NCBI GenBank assembly: GCA_000934665.2
Contig: JYFJ02001670.1
Coordinates: 1-64,000, forward strand
From: Catajapyx aquilonaris
Taxonomy: Eukaryota
DNA length: 64,000 nucleotides
Direction: 5' to 3'
The notes beneath the pieces were generated by a model. That model worked only from the letters and a program-made list of their open reading frames with translations. It made no database searches and had not been told where the DNA came from. Positions 51,249-64,000 of the stretch are shown here, one piece after another (positions within the stretch are counted from its first letter, which is position 1; the number at the start of each line of letters is the position of its first letter). Made by a program: the position numbers and the translations under genes.

Positions 51249-52902
51249 GTGACGTACCGGTACCATAAACCTGGATCTGAGAGGTTCTGTTTCCACTCTC
51301 TTATTGTTCTAGAATAGTTTTACATACGATACTGCTTATTCTTTAAAAAATAAAGAACTAAGCCACTTTTCCAACACGAAATTTCTAAAATACTTGTTCA
51401 AGTTATTCCAAGTTGTAGAAGTATAAAAACCTGCAGCTTAAAATGCTTACAGCATTATTCAGATGGAAACTTTCAAGAGTTATAAAGTGGGCCTTGTAAA
51501 TTCTAAAATACACAAAACGCTATCCCTCTGCATCTCTAGCTTGCCCTTCTCTCCTTTTCGTCCCAAGTATTTTTCAAGCTCTGAAACTTTCTGATGTCTT
51601 TGTTCTATTGTTCATCCAAAGTACCTGATAATGGCTTTGCCAGCAGCGGCGAAACGTTTTTTTCCCCCCTCCCTCCTCTCTTCATTCTTTATTCCCTCTT
51701 TAGATCATTAAAAAGAGAGGTGGTTAGTTGGCAGTGTAAATTGCGGGCTCGTTGCGACAGTTCGGTAATGTGCCGGAAGGCAATCCTAAATAATTAGATG
51801 GTAGTGCCAAAAGATATGACGGTTCTATTTCAGGGTGCGAATAAATTTTTTTCTCATCCTTGACCGACTATAATGAATTATCGGGGGGGAAAAAATGATA
51901 TAGCACATGAGGATTGATATGGACAAACGTTCTTTTGGTCTTCCCTCATTTCAACAGCAAACAAATGTGGTGCCATGGGTTTTTGAAATGCGCCATTCAG
52001 GTGAGTGATTGGAAGTCATGATGGTACTTCCGAGGGCGAGATTAATATTGCCTCCTCCATCTGGGATTTGTTCACGTTTTCCACCAGTTCCATTGTGAAC
52101 TTGCCACGGTTGGAATTACCTGGTCTTTCCGTTCAAGAAGAGGCTCAGTGTCCCTGTCGGTGGGATAAATTGAAATGGAGAGGAAAAGCGAATTGATCGA
52201 CAAGGCCCCATTGTAAGGAAGAACCTCGCAATCAAGCAAGGGACCAGTTTTGGGAGGCTTAGGAGAAGGTTTTCCAATTGGATAATCCCCCCCTCCCCCC
52301 CCCTCCCCCTGCCTTTTCCCTCCCTTCCACTTCACATCATTCAGAAGGCGTTGCCAACAGAAGACGGAAGACCTTTCAGACTCGTCCTTATTGAGCTGGT
52401 AGTAATCATTTAGTTCCATTTCCTGATTTCGTCCTCAATCGAATTGAGGTTGTGATCAACACCTCACGTTCCCTATCAGGAAGGACGGTAGTCACTCGAT
52501 AGGGCGTCAAAAATACACACAAAAACCAAACAAAAACCATAGCAACGCGACTACCACTCTTTTATCCCCGACAGGCTGAGTATACTACAAACCCATCTCC
52601 CGTTTCTGGTAGGTTAATATTGTCTCAGAGAAATGATTCTTGTTTCTATAGGCGGGTATGGCTTGGACGTGACGGTTTACTTTTCAAGACGTTACACCTC
52701 GAAAGCCAGTTTTTTTTCCACTTCAAATATTGATATGCAAAGTCTTGGGACATTTCGTCGCTGTACTTTCTGGTCGGTCGTCTTAAGACAACGTTCTGAA
52801 ATAATCGCCCAATATAATTTGATGTGCATATACACATTGTCTTCACTATATTAAAGGAGACAGGTATTTTAGGAAGGATTCATTTAATATGCGGAAAGTA
52901 GA

Positions 52903-53502
52903 GAACCGAAGCATGTTGGTGTAGTGGATATGGAGTCCGCCTGCTAATCGGGAGGTCCTGGGTTCGAATCACGGGGTCGGCAACCCTGACTGTGGTTGTC
53001 TGTGGTTTTCCATTGCCCCCACCCCCCAGGACAATTCCGGGGTCGTTTCCGTAAAAATAGGCCACAGCCGCTTCCTTCCCTATCCCTGGTCCCATCCAGT
53101 GGTGGTAATCCACCCCCCTAAGGGAGCCAAAGGCTCTAGCACTTGTTGGTTGGTTGGTTGGTAGGAAGGGTTACCCAGCTTGTATGGCTCTGTCTGAGTC
53201 GAGCCTTGGCAGCCGGGGGTAGGAGAGGAAGGTGTGGGATTGCAAGGTAGGGGTGGGTGAGAAGGGCGGGGGAGAGGAGGGCTGGCCCCGGCTGTACTGC
53301 AATGCCGGGTCCAACCCAGGGACGGGGGTGGGATATTCTCCCAAGCACCCCGTCCAACCAAGAAATGCGAGTCTGGTCCGAGGACCGCTCGAGGAAGAGT
53401 ACCGTCGCTGGCGAACCAGCCGGGACCTCATACAACCTCATGTTAGCATTTTATGCAAGAATAAGGCTCTAGCACGGGGTATGATTTTTTTAAATAACAA
53501 AA
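52903..53502 (+). mobile_element. tRNA-derived SINE, family A, with a nested insertion
   Basis: 14-bp TSD atgcggaaagtaga at 52889-52902 and 53503-53516. Confidence 0.92.
53143..53462 (-). mobile_element. 5'-truncated non-LTR retrotransposon 3' end with (CAAC)n tail, inserted in the SINE tail
   Basis: 13-bp TSD aaggctctagcac at 53130-53142 and 53463-53475; minus strand begins FLHKMLT*, then GC-rich UTR and (CAAC)n. Confidence 0.8.
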
Positions 53503-53639
53503 ATGCGGAAAGTAGAATACTGCCGCAATTTTATGTAGCATACCATATATTACAATGTAACTTAGGATAAATTGCATTACAAACATGCGCATTTACATAT
53601 AAATTGGTTAATATCCAATAAGGACAAAATTGATATTTA

Positions 53640-53960
53640 ATTATGAATCGTAAAAAGCAAAGTTAAACAGGTTGGAACGTTTACCCCAACTATACACCGT
53701 TTGAAACAAAAGCCCGACCATATTAAATTGTGTCCCAGTGTCTGCCTTGGTATATAAACTAATGCATTCGGTCCTGATTGTTGCTTTTGATTAAACCCAT
53801 CGCAGTAAATAATCCATAAATTTGTTCTCCCCATCGATAAAGGTGTCATGCCCATAAATGCTCTACCTGTATTTACACGCTAAATTGTACCAGCATTTAA
53901 TTCTTTTTAATGCGCTGAACAATGCCTGGTTCCCAAGTGTAATCTAAATTTGTAGACGGC
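53640..53960 (-). pseudogene. Possible highly degenerate Tc1-like transposase remnant
   Basis: IIYCDGFNQ...SGPNALVY...RQTLGHNLIWSGFC loosely resembles Tc1 IIFSDE..FNL.GPDG...RQ.GGG.VMVW.GF. Confidence 0.3.
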
Positions 53961-54660
53961 TCAGAACTCCAAGCATTGTTTTCTCACAGGAGTACTTTAA
54001 GAGGAGAGAATCTCAGTGAATATCTTATAAAGTAGCACCAAAGTGTGTTTGTTACAAATATAAGGCGGATGTGTGAATTAACATGAATTTTGTCACCAAT
54101 TTTGGAAAGTTTATGGGTGAAGGTCCTCGCCTTTAAATTCGCCCATGGGTGAACCATATTCCCTCCCTTTTCCTGGTAATATTGGGAAATAACATCAGCA
54201 AAAATAATCCGGTTATTGTGAAGACCTGTCACTCAAGTCCCTAGAGTCATGGCTCCATGGCAGCTGCCTTAATCCGGGCTTTGCATATGCCCTGCTTTTA
54301 TTTACCAGACGTGGAGAATAGCAGGGGACATTTTAAAAATGGAAATTGCCAGTCTCCTTTTTTTTGTGCAAAACCATTCGTAGTTGAATTTTGACTGTTA
54401 TGGGACCAGCACTTGTGATGCATTAATTGGATCTCCGTTGTTGAAACACCGTGTGCAGGTGTAGGTTTTGACAGAAACAAATGTGGGATTTGAGTGTGCG
54501 AGTCGAAATAACACGGGATGTTCTGGTGCTCTAAATGACGGAAAACATTATTTTCCGATAGAGTCATCAATAACACATAATTAACAAGGTGAAGGTTGTT
54601 AATGTAGAAAGGCATTTTTTCCAGTGCAGTTATGTAACCTAGGCAGGGAGCATAATTATA

Positions 54661-55155
54661 CTACATAAGAGGCGCAAACATTCGATTTTTGCATCTATCT
54701 GTTTTGGGCGTTGCTAAGGCTGGCGGCCATTTTGAAGCGTGTGGAACGCCAACGAGGTATAAATAGGGTACAGGCAGGCCGTCAAGGTCTGCGGGGGTCC
54801 GCCATCTTTGATGGTTTTGGGTGCCATGGCAATACACGGGAATAACAATTTACTTATCCATTTTCCAATATCGGATGAGTTCAAAACCGAAGCAGTGGCG
54901 GCGGAGGGGATATGGTATCCGACTGCTAATCGGGAGGTCCTGGGTTCGAATCCCGGTGCCGGCAACTCTAACCGTGGTTTTCTGTGGTTTCCCACGGTTC
55001 CTCCAGGATAATTCCGGAGTTGTTTCCTAACCTAATAGGCCACAGCCGCCTCCTTCCTTTCCTATCCTATCCCAAAAAGCGCAGTAAAAACGAAACGAAG
55101 AGTTCCAGTCAAAAAAATCCCCCCTAAAGAGCCGCCGGCTGATAACGGGGTATGA

Positions 55156-55231
<76 letters not shown>

Positions 55232-55437
55232 CGAATTCAAATTCGCGCGTATTCTTGCCGTGTGGTTGCCATGGCTGCCAAAACCATCAAAGATGGCGGA
55301 CCCTATTTTTGCCCGTACCCTATTTATACCTCGTTGGCGTTCTACACACTTCAAAATGGCCGCCAGCCTTGGCAACGCCCTAAACAGAGAGACGCGAACA
55401 TCAAAGGCGCCGACAGAAGTTTGCGCCTCTTATGTAG
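54661..55437. mobile_element. MITE with long inverted arms, interrupted by a SINE
   Basis: ctacataagaggcgcaaac...aaggctggcggccattttgaag pairs with cttcaaaatggccgccagccttg...gtttgcgcctcttatgtag. Confidence 0.85.
54886..55230 (+). mobile_element. tRNA-derived SINE, family A, with an expanded (TAT)n tail
   Basis: A/B boxes and family body; ~25 TAT units at ~55157-55230. Confidence 0.9.
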
Positions 55438-57384
55438 CATACGTATGCTCCCTGACCTAGGGATATCCTTTGGTCCGCCATTTTTATACGTCAGAGATTC
55501 TACGTCACAAAGCTATTTACTGAGCCATAGGAATACCATGTGGCAATATTTTTCTTATTATTTTAATACAATTTGTCATTCCAACTTGTGAAGGTTTTCT
55601 CACGACGTCCCTATGTTATTTGTCACTTGGCTGGTAAGCGACATAAAATATTGATCTGGTGCACTCGACAATTTTCAAAAGAAAGAACCCATTACGCGAT
55701 TATGCGCCAGAGAGCGCACCACGCTATCTTTTCAAGCTGTGACTGTGGAGCCAACATGGACGATCGTCATTTACCAAGTCCGGTGCACAACTAATGCGGA
55801 TTTCAGGTTTTGAACGATGTTATGGAAGCGGACATCTTTTATTCTGGAGAACGTCCAACCCGTGGTCATTCACGGATCCATTTTTCTATTTTCATCAGAT
55901 ATGCCTATGGTGTAAAATACTTAGCTCAAACTAGTTAAATGAGGCGGAAATGAGCAAAAAAAAAATCTCGTTAATTTCTCTCGCCTGCAGGGATGTACAG
56001 TCTTCAATTTTGTGCAAGTTTGAACATTGTGCGACGCATCGGCAGATATCGCCAGACATAATTATGCATAGGTGATGTTGAGTACATAGGCAAACAAAGC
56101 GTTCTGTCGACTGCTGGGTGTAATGATAAGAGTCAATCGTTATCCTGAAATGTTTGCAATTCCTGGCGTCCTCTCCCTCATGTTGACGGATGCCGAAATG
56201 TTGGATAAAATATGGAAAATAGGGGGACATTTTTGTAGGAGAATTTTGTCGATATGCTAATTTCAGCACCGTACCTGGATGAGAAAAATATCGAGATCAT
56301 TTTGTCTGACCCAAATTTTTGGGTCGCAACACTTGCCCATTGAGGCAAGTTAATGCCAGGAAAACGCAGATAAAAGTGGCATATTTCAAAAATTTCACAC
56401 ATTATTGTATCACACATGATAACAATCTTCAATAACGAAATGTCATTGTTGATTCTTCAGGCAAATTACAACAGTGTTCACCTATCCAGTCTCCTGCATC
56501 TCATTGGCTCAGAGAGTCACGTGACAGACAACCATGAAGCTGCTACCACAGTCGCCATCTTTGTGGCCTAACTGACCTCATAGGTGGACGTACTCTTTTG
56601 CCCCGGTTTTGCCCCGGGGTAGGTTCAGATGTCCCGGCATCCGTTACTGTTGGCCTAACGCATTTGCGCCCTAGTTCATGCCCAACAAAGCGAAAATATA
56701 GCCGCAAATGACGTCGAGATACGGACATGTTGAGGAGAAAATATTTTTCTCTGAAAATACGGATGGATTTTGCACGTTTAGGCAAGACTTTAGTAGACAC
56801 TTGACAAAATCCGGGCCCCGTGTTTATGCGAGGTTTTGTCCCCAGAAAATGCTGTATTTTTGGACAAATTGTGTTCATACAACCTGCCCTTAGAGGCATA
56901 CAAATCAATCCATTTTTGCTAGTTAGGAGCGAAACGGGTGAGCGCTTTTTTCACTCGAATCGTTATTAGGTAACAATGCTCGTGGAACTGAACCTCGAAC
57001 TCCTATTCCTCCAAATTCACTATGCTTGTTATCTGGTTTATGCCCTGTAGGCAGTCTCTATGAGAGCTGGTCGATATGCTGTGTAACCACGACATGCTGT
57101 TCCTGATCCACTCGAAAGTGCACGGTCAGGCCAAAAGGTAACCTCAAGGAAAGTTTGTTCCTCTACCAACAGCCAAGTTTGCAAACCCTCTTTTGAGAGT
57201 ATCTCCAGAACTTCAATCACCTTTACACAGTTCGAAATCAATTAATGTAATGAGATTGGTCGACGTAAGGGATATTAACTAGTGAAAAAGGCTAATGTGA
57301 TCCTATTAGACACGCATGGTTTGCCAATGCATATTTGCATATTTAAAAAAACATGAAACATAATATATGCTTTCTTTTGGACAG

Positions 57385-57579
57385 GTACCACCAAAAAGGG
57401 TTACAACAAGCTGGCGGCGGAAGATGAGGCCAATGTCAACGTCATAAAGAACGAAAGTGACGGTACAGCATGTCCCGAAGGCAGTGAATCGGATCCAACT
57501 AGTGCATCCGAAACGGATTCTTCCGACTTTGACCCCTACGAAGATCCGGATGAAGACTCGGAGAACGATTCCGATTACG
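57385..57579 (+). CDS. Small C2H2 zinc-finger protein, acidic exon (G-TTKKGYNKLAAEDE...DSENDSDY)
   Basis: tttcttttggacag| acceptor, G|gtgagt donor, 195 bp phase 1/1, open D/E/S-rich frame. Confidence 0.85.
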
Positions 57580-57745
57580 GTGAGTGCATTTCTTCAAAAA
57601 AGACGCAACAACATGTATACAGACGGATGCTCTTAGAAGAACCGCAGTTTGCGGATATTTTTCTTTGAATGTTACATAATGTGAGTATTTTAAATTTTAG
57701 ACTGTATTCTTTTTGAGTGTGTAAAAATATAATTTGTGAATTATG

Positions 57746-58045
57746 CAGGGTGTGCTAATGTCCGCTGGAGTTAGCGGTGTTGTGGTTCTAAGCTACTTAT
57801 TTTTAATCAGTTGCTTTGAACCGGTTACTGTTAGCAGTTTTCTAATGAATCTAATGTGTCATCTGCTAATATTACGCATTTACGCCGAATTGTGGAGCTC
57901 TAAATTACAAAGAATTTCTGATTTGGAATGGCCCATTGGAACAATTGGCATCGAATCCACGCAACCTTATATTAGCAGCTAAAAACTAAAAGTAACTATT
58001 ATGAAGCAACTGCTTAAAATAATCGACTTAGTGCCAAAAATAGCT
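57746..58045. mobile_element. Degenerate MITE (CAGGGT...ACCCTG)
   Basis: Terminal and internal inverted matches (cagttgctt / aagcaactg). Confidence 0.45.
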
Positions 58046-61000
58046 AACTAAAACAGACCACCCTGTCCTGGTGTTGTATTACCCAAGTCGAGAAGGTAGA
58101 ATTGTGCATTTATTATAGGTCCCCATAGTACTCTATAGTGCATAAACTTTCAAGTTCAAGAGAGGGTGGGAGAATAAATTATGTGGGCACCAGCACTTAA
58201 AAAATCGGAGCAATCCACTGGTGATTGTTGCTTCGTTTTAAATTGGTGACTGAAATAAACAATGCATAGGTTTTCACTTATCCCCCTCTAGAATTGGGTG
58301 CTTTGGCGGTGTACATACCATCATGCATACTATACTATGGGGAACTGCTATAAATAAACAACTGCATTTTCGCTACCGCTAAAAATGGTGTGACATTTCT
58401 CTTTGGTAAACAAAAGCTTCACTGTTTCATGGATTTGTTGTCCATTACTATGCAGCAGACCAGAGGATGGTTGTTTCGACCACACTGAAGATTCAATATT
58501 TATTCCCTTGATACTATTGTTTGATTAGGGCAATTCGTTTAACAAACCGTTACCAACTTGAATAACGGGTAGAATCTAACGCACCCTTTAATCTCTCATG
58601 GAAGAGGCGCCTAGCGACGAGATTTCCATTTCAATTATGACTAAAAGGCTGAACAAAAATGAAAGTTTGCATAGATATTACAGGCAAAACTGTGTCAAAA
58701 CCATTCTTCCACATAATGAATACCCAAATATCAATTAGGCCTATCTACTTGGTAATAGGCTGTATGAAGCTGTGTTCATATTCAGAGCACGATTTGATGT
58801 CACTTTTTGATATCGTCCGAATTAGATCCCCTAATCAATTCTGAGTATGATGACACTTTCAATTTTGTCTAATAGTTTAGTCATCATTAACGAGGAATTC
58901 TTGTCGCTAAGCGTTGTTGTCATAAAGCTGATTAATGGGTAAAATATGCTCAGATCTATTTACAAGGAAAGTTGGTAACAAGACGAAGGACACAAGAGAG
59001 TACCTACAGTCGGAAATTATGTATTCATTGACTTTTTACATTTTCATAAATATTCACATGACTGACTATGGTCAATAAACTATAGACTATAATCAATAAG
59101 GTGATGCGTATTTGCCTGACAACTACATGCTATAGTTCATGGGAGAGTCTTCTCTTCTCAGCTTTTATTCATTTATTCCTTATAGACAGCAGAAAATTGC
59201 ACAATTCTTTGAGGACTGACGAAATCCATGTTCGCCCCTTGGGATTGTGGGACAGTGATAGATGCTGTCCAGTTGCAAAACCTGAAGTGATGGCGCATTC
59301 AATGATGGCTCTGGTAATGGCATCGTCAGACGCGAAAAAAGAGGGAGCTCCGGAGCGGGAGTGCGTCAAAATGAATTTGAATACCCAGATGGCGCTTTGA
59401 ATTGGAAATTTTTAAATCCTTCAAGAATTGAGCGTGTACATGCAGTCCAAGAGACCGTGACTGGAGTTAAAGTGAGAAAGAAGCTGAAGGCGAAAGATAT
59501 TCGAAATAGTCCCGACATATCTGTTTTTTTAAGCAAAAAATATAGGTTGCATATGTTACAGTAATAAAGCCACCAGATATGACAATACATCACTTGAATA
59601 CGTTCCTTTTTGACACTTGGCCTTCTCGTAGAATCCACCATCAAAGTCTGAAATCTGAAGTATGGCCATTCGCAGATGGGACCTCTCCGAAAATTGATCC
59701 GGAACATTGCAGGACTACTTGACCGTCCTGTCACAACTTGGCTGGACAGCTGAATTTGTTTACCTGACGGGTTTTTCGTTTGCCCTCGTCTAGAGGCACA
59801 GTACACCCCGTGAATACAATGCGCTATTTATTAATTTATCCCCAATGCCCGTTGAGCTAAAAGTAGGCTATGCAGCAGCGGTTGCATTGAGCCAAGTGTA
59901 CTGGTATATACGGAATCGGATAAAATAGTGAAATAATAATAGACCTGTAGTCTACTGGGACTGAAATGTAGAGTTTAACGGGGGGGGATGTGCAGTAATA
60001 TCTTCTAGCAAAAATTAATTTATGGTGATTATCATTTAGCTGCAGACTAGCCTCCCTACTGCTATGTCGTCTGAATGTGAGCTCAAACATGCAACAAAAT
60101 TACTTACTCCACGCATATTGATTTTCTGCAATCCAAAAGGATAAATAGTGGAGCTGATGATGAATTGGAAAAGCCGCAGGTTTACATGGAAAACATGATA
60201 TTGAGTACGACGTCTGCTATGATTTTTCATGCCGTTTGCATCACTGCTCGTGTGTGATATTATGCCGCGCGCGGGTTTCATTTTTGGTGGATTTTTAAAG
60301 CCCTTGATAAGTAATTACTCTATAGCAACCCGATCTTGCTAAAGGGGTTTGGTTCTCCCATAAGGCTTCTGATGAATTTCCATGGATACTTGCTGATGAA
60401 GCGTATGCTAACTTTAACAAGAGGAAACATCCACCCTTGTTATTAATTGTTTGGATAAACCCACCTGGTTGTTAGATAGGGTGTTTCATTATATGAATCA
60501 GACAAACGTCTCGAGTGACCTTCTAGGAAGGATATGATCACTTCATGCAGCGATGTCACCTTGATTTCCGCAGCCTCGTTACTGAGGTAATAGGCTGCGA
60601 TCTCATCAGATGCAGCAGGCAGTATTCGAGCCGATGCAAGTACTGTACGCTGCATCCATGACAGAGCAGATTATATTATTATACATGTATAATGCGCTCT
60701 TTGATTTATGCAACGTATCTCAGTGACGATCCACCCTAAAGGTTTTTCTGATTCGTTGTGAAACACTCTGTACACCTGAATTGATGAACCTGGCCCTTTG
60801 TGCAGGCTGCACCGTCACAAGTTTATCCTTGTTAATAATTGTTTTTAAACCAGGATAAACCCATGGTGTGTGTATAAATATACGTATCATATACACAACA
60901 GTGGTGCAACGGGCCCTTTGTTCATACTTTATAAGGAAATATTTTGTAACATTGTTGACAAAATGACCAGTCTGTCGTAAAGTGCCGGTATCCTGCATAT

Positions 61001-61463
61001 AGGCTATACCTAAACAAAATTTTCGATATCGGCAGTTTACAAATTTCATGCTTGCTGTACCACAAAGACCGTGTTAATAAAGTCTAATAAAGACTCAATG
61101 TGTGTTGAATCCAGTATCTCTCGGTTACATGTTTGCTGGAGTTATTCTATATACTATCTAGAGCATAACTTGAAATTTTCATGTTCTGGAGTAGAAAATA
61201 CGTTTCGTTCATGATGCAGTAAAAGGCTGCGTCTAAATCCGGCCATAGTAACCCATGTGTAAAAATGTACGAGCATACAACACTTTAATACCAAGAGGTT
61301 CATAAAATGAGCCTGCTCTAAAGCTGAAAATGAGACTTTGGCATATAAAGTACACCATGATGCATGCTCGATAGATCACGATGAAGAAGCCCACTCATGC
61401 CATTACCGTATAGCCCGCACCCCTTATTGCAACAGTGTTGTTATTTCTTTATGTTCTTTACAG

Positions 61464-61551
61464 ACGAATCACTGACTTGCAACGTATGCGATCGCTCTTT
61501 CTTCTCCACGCGCCAGCTGGAAAGACATCAGCAAAAGAAAAGGCACTTTGG
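61464..61551 (+). CDS. Small C2H2 zinc-finger protein, finger 1 exon (D-ESLTCNVCDRSFFSTRQLERHQQKKRHF-G)
   Basis: ttctttacag| acceptor, GG|gtaagc donor; C-x2-C-x3-F-x5-L-x2-H-x5-H. Confidence 0.9.
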
Positions 61552-62412
61552 GTAAGCATTATGGTATCGATACTGTCTCATTATTTCAGGTAATGTCCAC
61601 AATAGCATGGTGTGATGAGAAGGCGGACGTAGTTCAAATTCTGTGAGGGCTCATTCAAATAAAATTACTGTACTAAATAGTTTCGCGATGATTTCCAAGA
61701 AGAGGACAATATCTTTGCTTCTTCTTCATCTCTGTACAGTGTACACCCCTCGTAGATGTTCCAAAGAAGGGCACTCCAATTATTCGGAGTCACCGTCGTT
61801 GTACCGAACTCAGGGCGGACAAGGGTACTTTCCACGGTTCCAGTCGAGTACACGGTTGGAGGTATAGTGGTGTGCAGGGAGGGAGGGGTCTCTCGCAGCC
61901 AACTTTCGCTAACAATGGTCTACAAAGCCAGTCTCGCAGTATGCAATGACCCTATATACGCCCTTTCAAAGTGTCTGATCCATTCCATGACACATTGGCA
62001 TGTCAAAGCTGGGAAAACGGGGACTTCTACCCCTCCCCACCTCCCCTTTTACCAATTTCCTGAAACAGCTACTGCGCGTCATGCATACTCACGTGCAACA
62101 TGAATTTCCATTTGAAGCAACATGACCCCCAAATCTTTTTTTCCCTTGTTGCCTAATAACCATTGAAACTTCCTGAATAGTTGATTTAGAAATGAACAAA
62201 TACTCGACAGAAACCTGTTTGACATCGCGAATCTCCGGTACTAACTGAGCGACATTTCCTGCCCAAAAATGGGTTATGCATTCGGCCGTACTGTACAATT
62301 CAAAAGCCCGATGAAAACTCCTGCAATGCTAGTGCCAACTTCAACTATGCATGACGACAATAATTCCTTTGTTCTCCCATGAGGGTAATGTGAACCACCC
62401 TTCTCTTTGCAG

Positions 62413-62578
62413 GTGCTCAGCCTGCGACAGTCTGTTCCCGTCGTTGATGGCTCTTGAGCACCACAAGGAGCAGTTTGAACACTGGACTGACGACGAGACC
62501 ATATCCGACGCTGATGATACCGACGCTGACTCCGAATCCGACGTGGAGGCCACGGAAGAGAGCGAGCGCCTTCTATGA
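62413..62578 (+). CDS. Small C2H2 zinc-finger protein, terminal exon (finger 2 CSACDSLFPSLMALEHHKEQFEH, acidic tail ...EESERLL*)
   Basis: ttctctttgcag| acceptor, phase 2 matches the previous exon; stop TGA at 62576-62578. Confidence 0.9.
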
Positions 62579-63699
62579 AGCGATCGACTAAGTTGGATCC
62601 ATTGGCCGCCCATTAACGAGCACCACGGCACCGCTTGTCTGTGATCACTATATTCTTTGTTGGAGTCACCTTGTAAATTTTTCCCACCTACCTAATCCCT
62701 TTTCATCAGGTGGAGCAGCGAAGCTTGGAAAGAATATGGGTATATCTGGTATCGAATTTGCGTCGGTAGGGCGCGTCATTCGCTGCGTCTCGACAATCAC
62801 ATTTCCGATGTCTTTTGTGGTTGTGAGGCCGAATGTGCAACAGGCTCTTCTATCAGAAAATTTCACTTTGTAGCCTACGGAAAATCAGGGTACCTTTTGA
62901 TCAAAAAGGACCAACATTTTTGCTGCAGAGCTCTCAGGTGGTTATCTTCTTGGGGAGTTGGATATAACTTTGTGATGAGATATGGCAAACGTATTATTTA
63001 GAGGCAAAAACAACAGTACCCGTACTGACCCTGACTTATTGTTGTCCTTGCTAATTCGGAGAGTATATGATGAGGTGTAAATAGCACCTTGCTTCCACTC
63101 ACCTACCACCTTCTACCCTCCGACCGGATATCGGATTGTAACCCGATTTTTTTCATATACTGTATATCCTATCTGCCCCAGATCCGGAAATGAGATTTTT
63201 TTTCGTTTTGGGGCTTCTCCGTCCGGAATCCTTTTGAGCAGCAGTATTATTCTCTTTCTCCCCGAACGGAATACGGAATTTTGGCCGATTTTAGCGTCAC
63301 CGACTTCAATCTGGCAACTTCCCACCGATGTTAGTCGCCTACGCATGTGCAGAAGAAACCAGTTGGTCTGGAATATCGCAAACGACGATAGCGATGAATT
63401 ACAAAAATATTCTGTTTTTTTCGATCAGGGATTGAGCATGGGGTAGCTTTGGGGCACGTAGGATCAAAGCTTCTTTCAATTCCTGCAATGCAACGTGCGA
63501 TGTCAACTTGCGCCAATATCCGACGCAATATACGGATGGTAAACATACAGAGCTGCTGGATTACATGTTGCCAGATTGGATTTGATCAAAACGCTAGCTA
63601 CAGTTTAGAGAAGTGATAATACACTGATTCTGATTTTTCTAATCCCCCTTTCCCCCCATTCTGTCCAGGCTTAATTATGATATTTCTAAAGAGAGGACA

Positions 63700-63810
63700 A
63701 TAGCCTATAGTAGTTAAGCCACTGGCCAAAAGCCAAAGAGTCAGATGGGGGGTTCGATCCCCAGATCTTTTCACTCGGTCGGATTCTTTTCCTCTTTTCA
63801 TTCGTCGTAT
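63700..63810 (+). mobile_element. Degenerate tRNA-derived SINE head, family B
   Basis: gttaagccactggcc...GGTTCGATCCC; similar to 42180-42272. Confidence 0.45.
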
Positions 63811-64000
63811 TGTACTTGAACTATCTTGCCTGCCCAGAATTTAGAAAATATCTATTTCACCGATGAAACTCCCAATGAACGGAAAGGTCTTTGGGAGCTG
63901 TTGCTCACGTGTCAGTGAAGAGTATATTGAATTCACCAAAATAATATTATCAAGATTTGCTATCGAGGGTATTATTATTATTATCATTATTATTATTATT

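Noticed and set aside
55152..55460. Poly-tyrosine ORF
   Set aside because: Translation of a (TAT)n SINE tail plus a MITE arm.
59101..59806. Cluster of overlapping ORFs
   Set aside because: No recognisable motifs; may be an old repeat remnant in intron 2 of the zinc-finger gene.

Overview
Eukaryotic, AT-rich, repeat-dense genomic DNA, most consistent with an insect/hexapod; the species cannot be determined from this window. Most of the supplied ORF track is noise. Two spliced protein-coding genes can be reconstructed by hand. (1) A compact, intact 3-exon SOX/TCF-class HMG-box gene on the minus strand (4310-4086, 3920-3495, 3430-3134; 315 aa). It lies inside a ~3.8 kb segment (1379-5171) with Helitron-type boundaries (A|TC...hairpin-CTAG|T). 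The segment also carries a second ORF, a decayed spliced ORF, a 74-bp palindrome, a minisatellite and RFX X-box motifs around the HMG start. (2) A 4-exon plus-strand gene (24131-24188, 57385-57579, 61464-61551, 62413-62578; 168 aa) encoding a small acidic protein with two C2H2 zinc fingers and a 33-kb first intron. The remainder is transposon debris: a deleted mariner, two Tc4/Tc5-type CTNAG-targeting MITEs, hAT, PIF/Harbinger and Tc1/mariner MITEs, a Helentron/HINE-like element, three tRNA-derived SINE families, LINE 3' fragments and microsatellites. The top candidate for an undescribed system is the putative Helitron-mobilised, RFX-driven HMG-box transcription-factor cassette.
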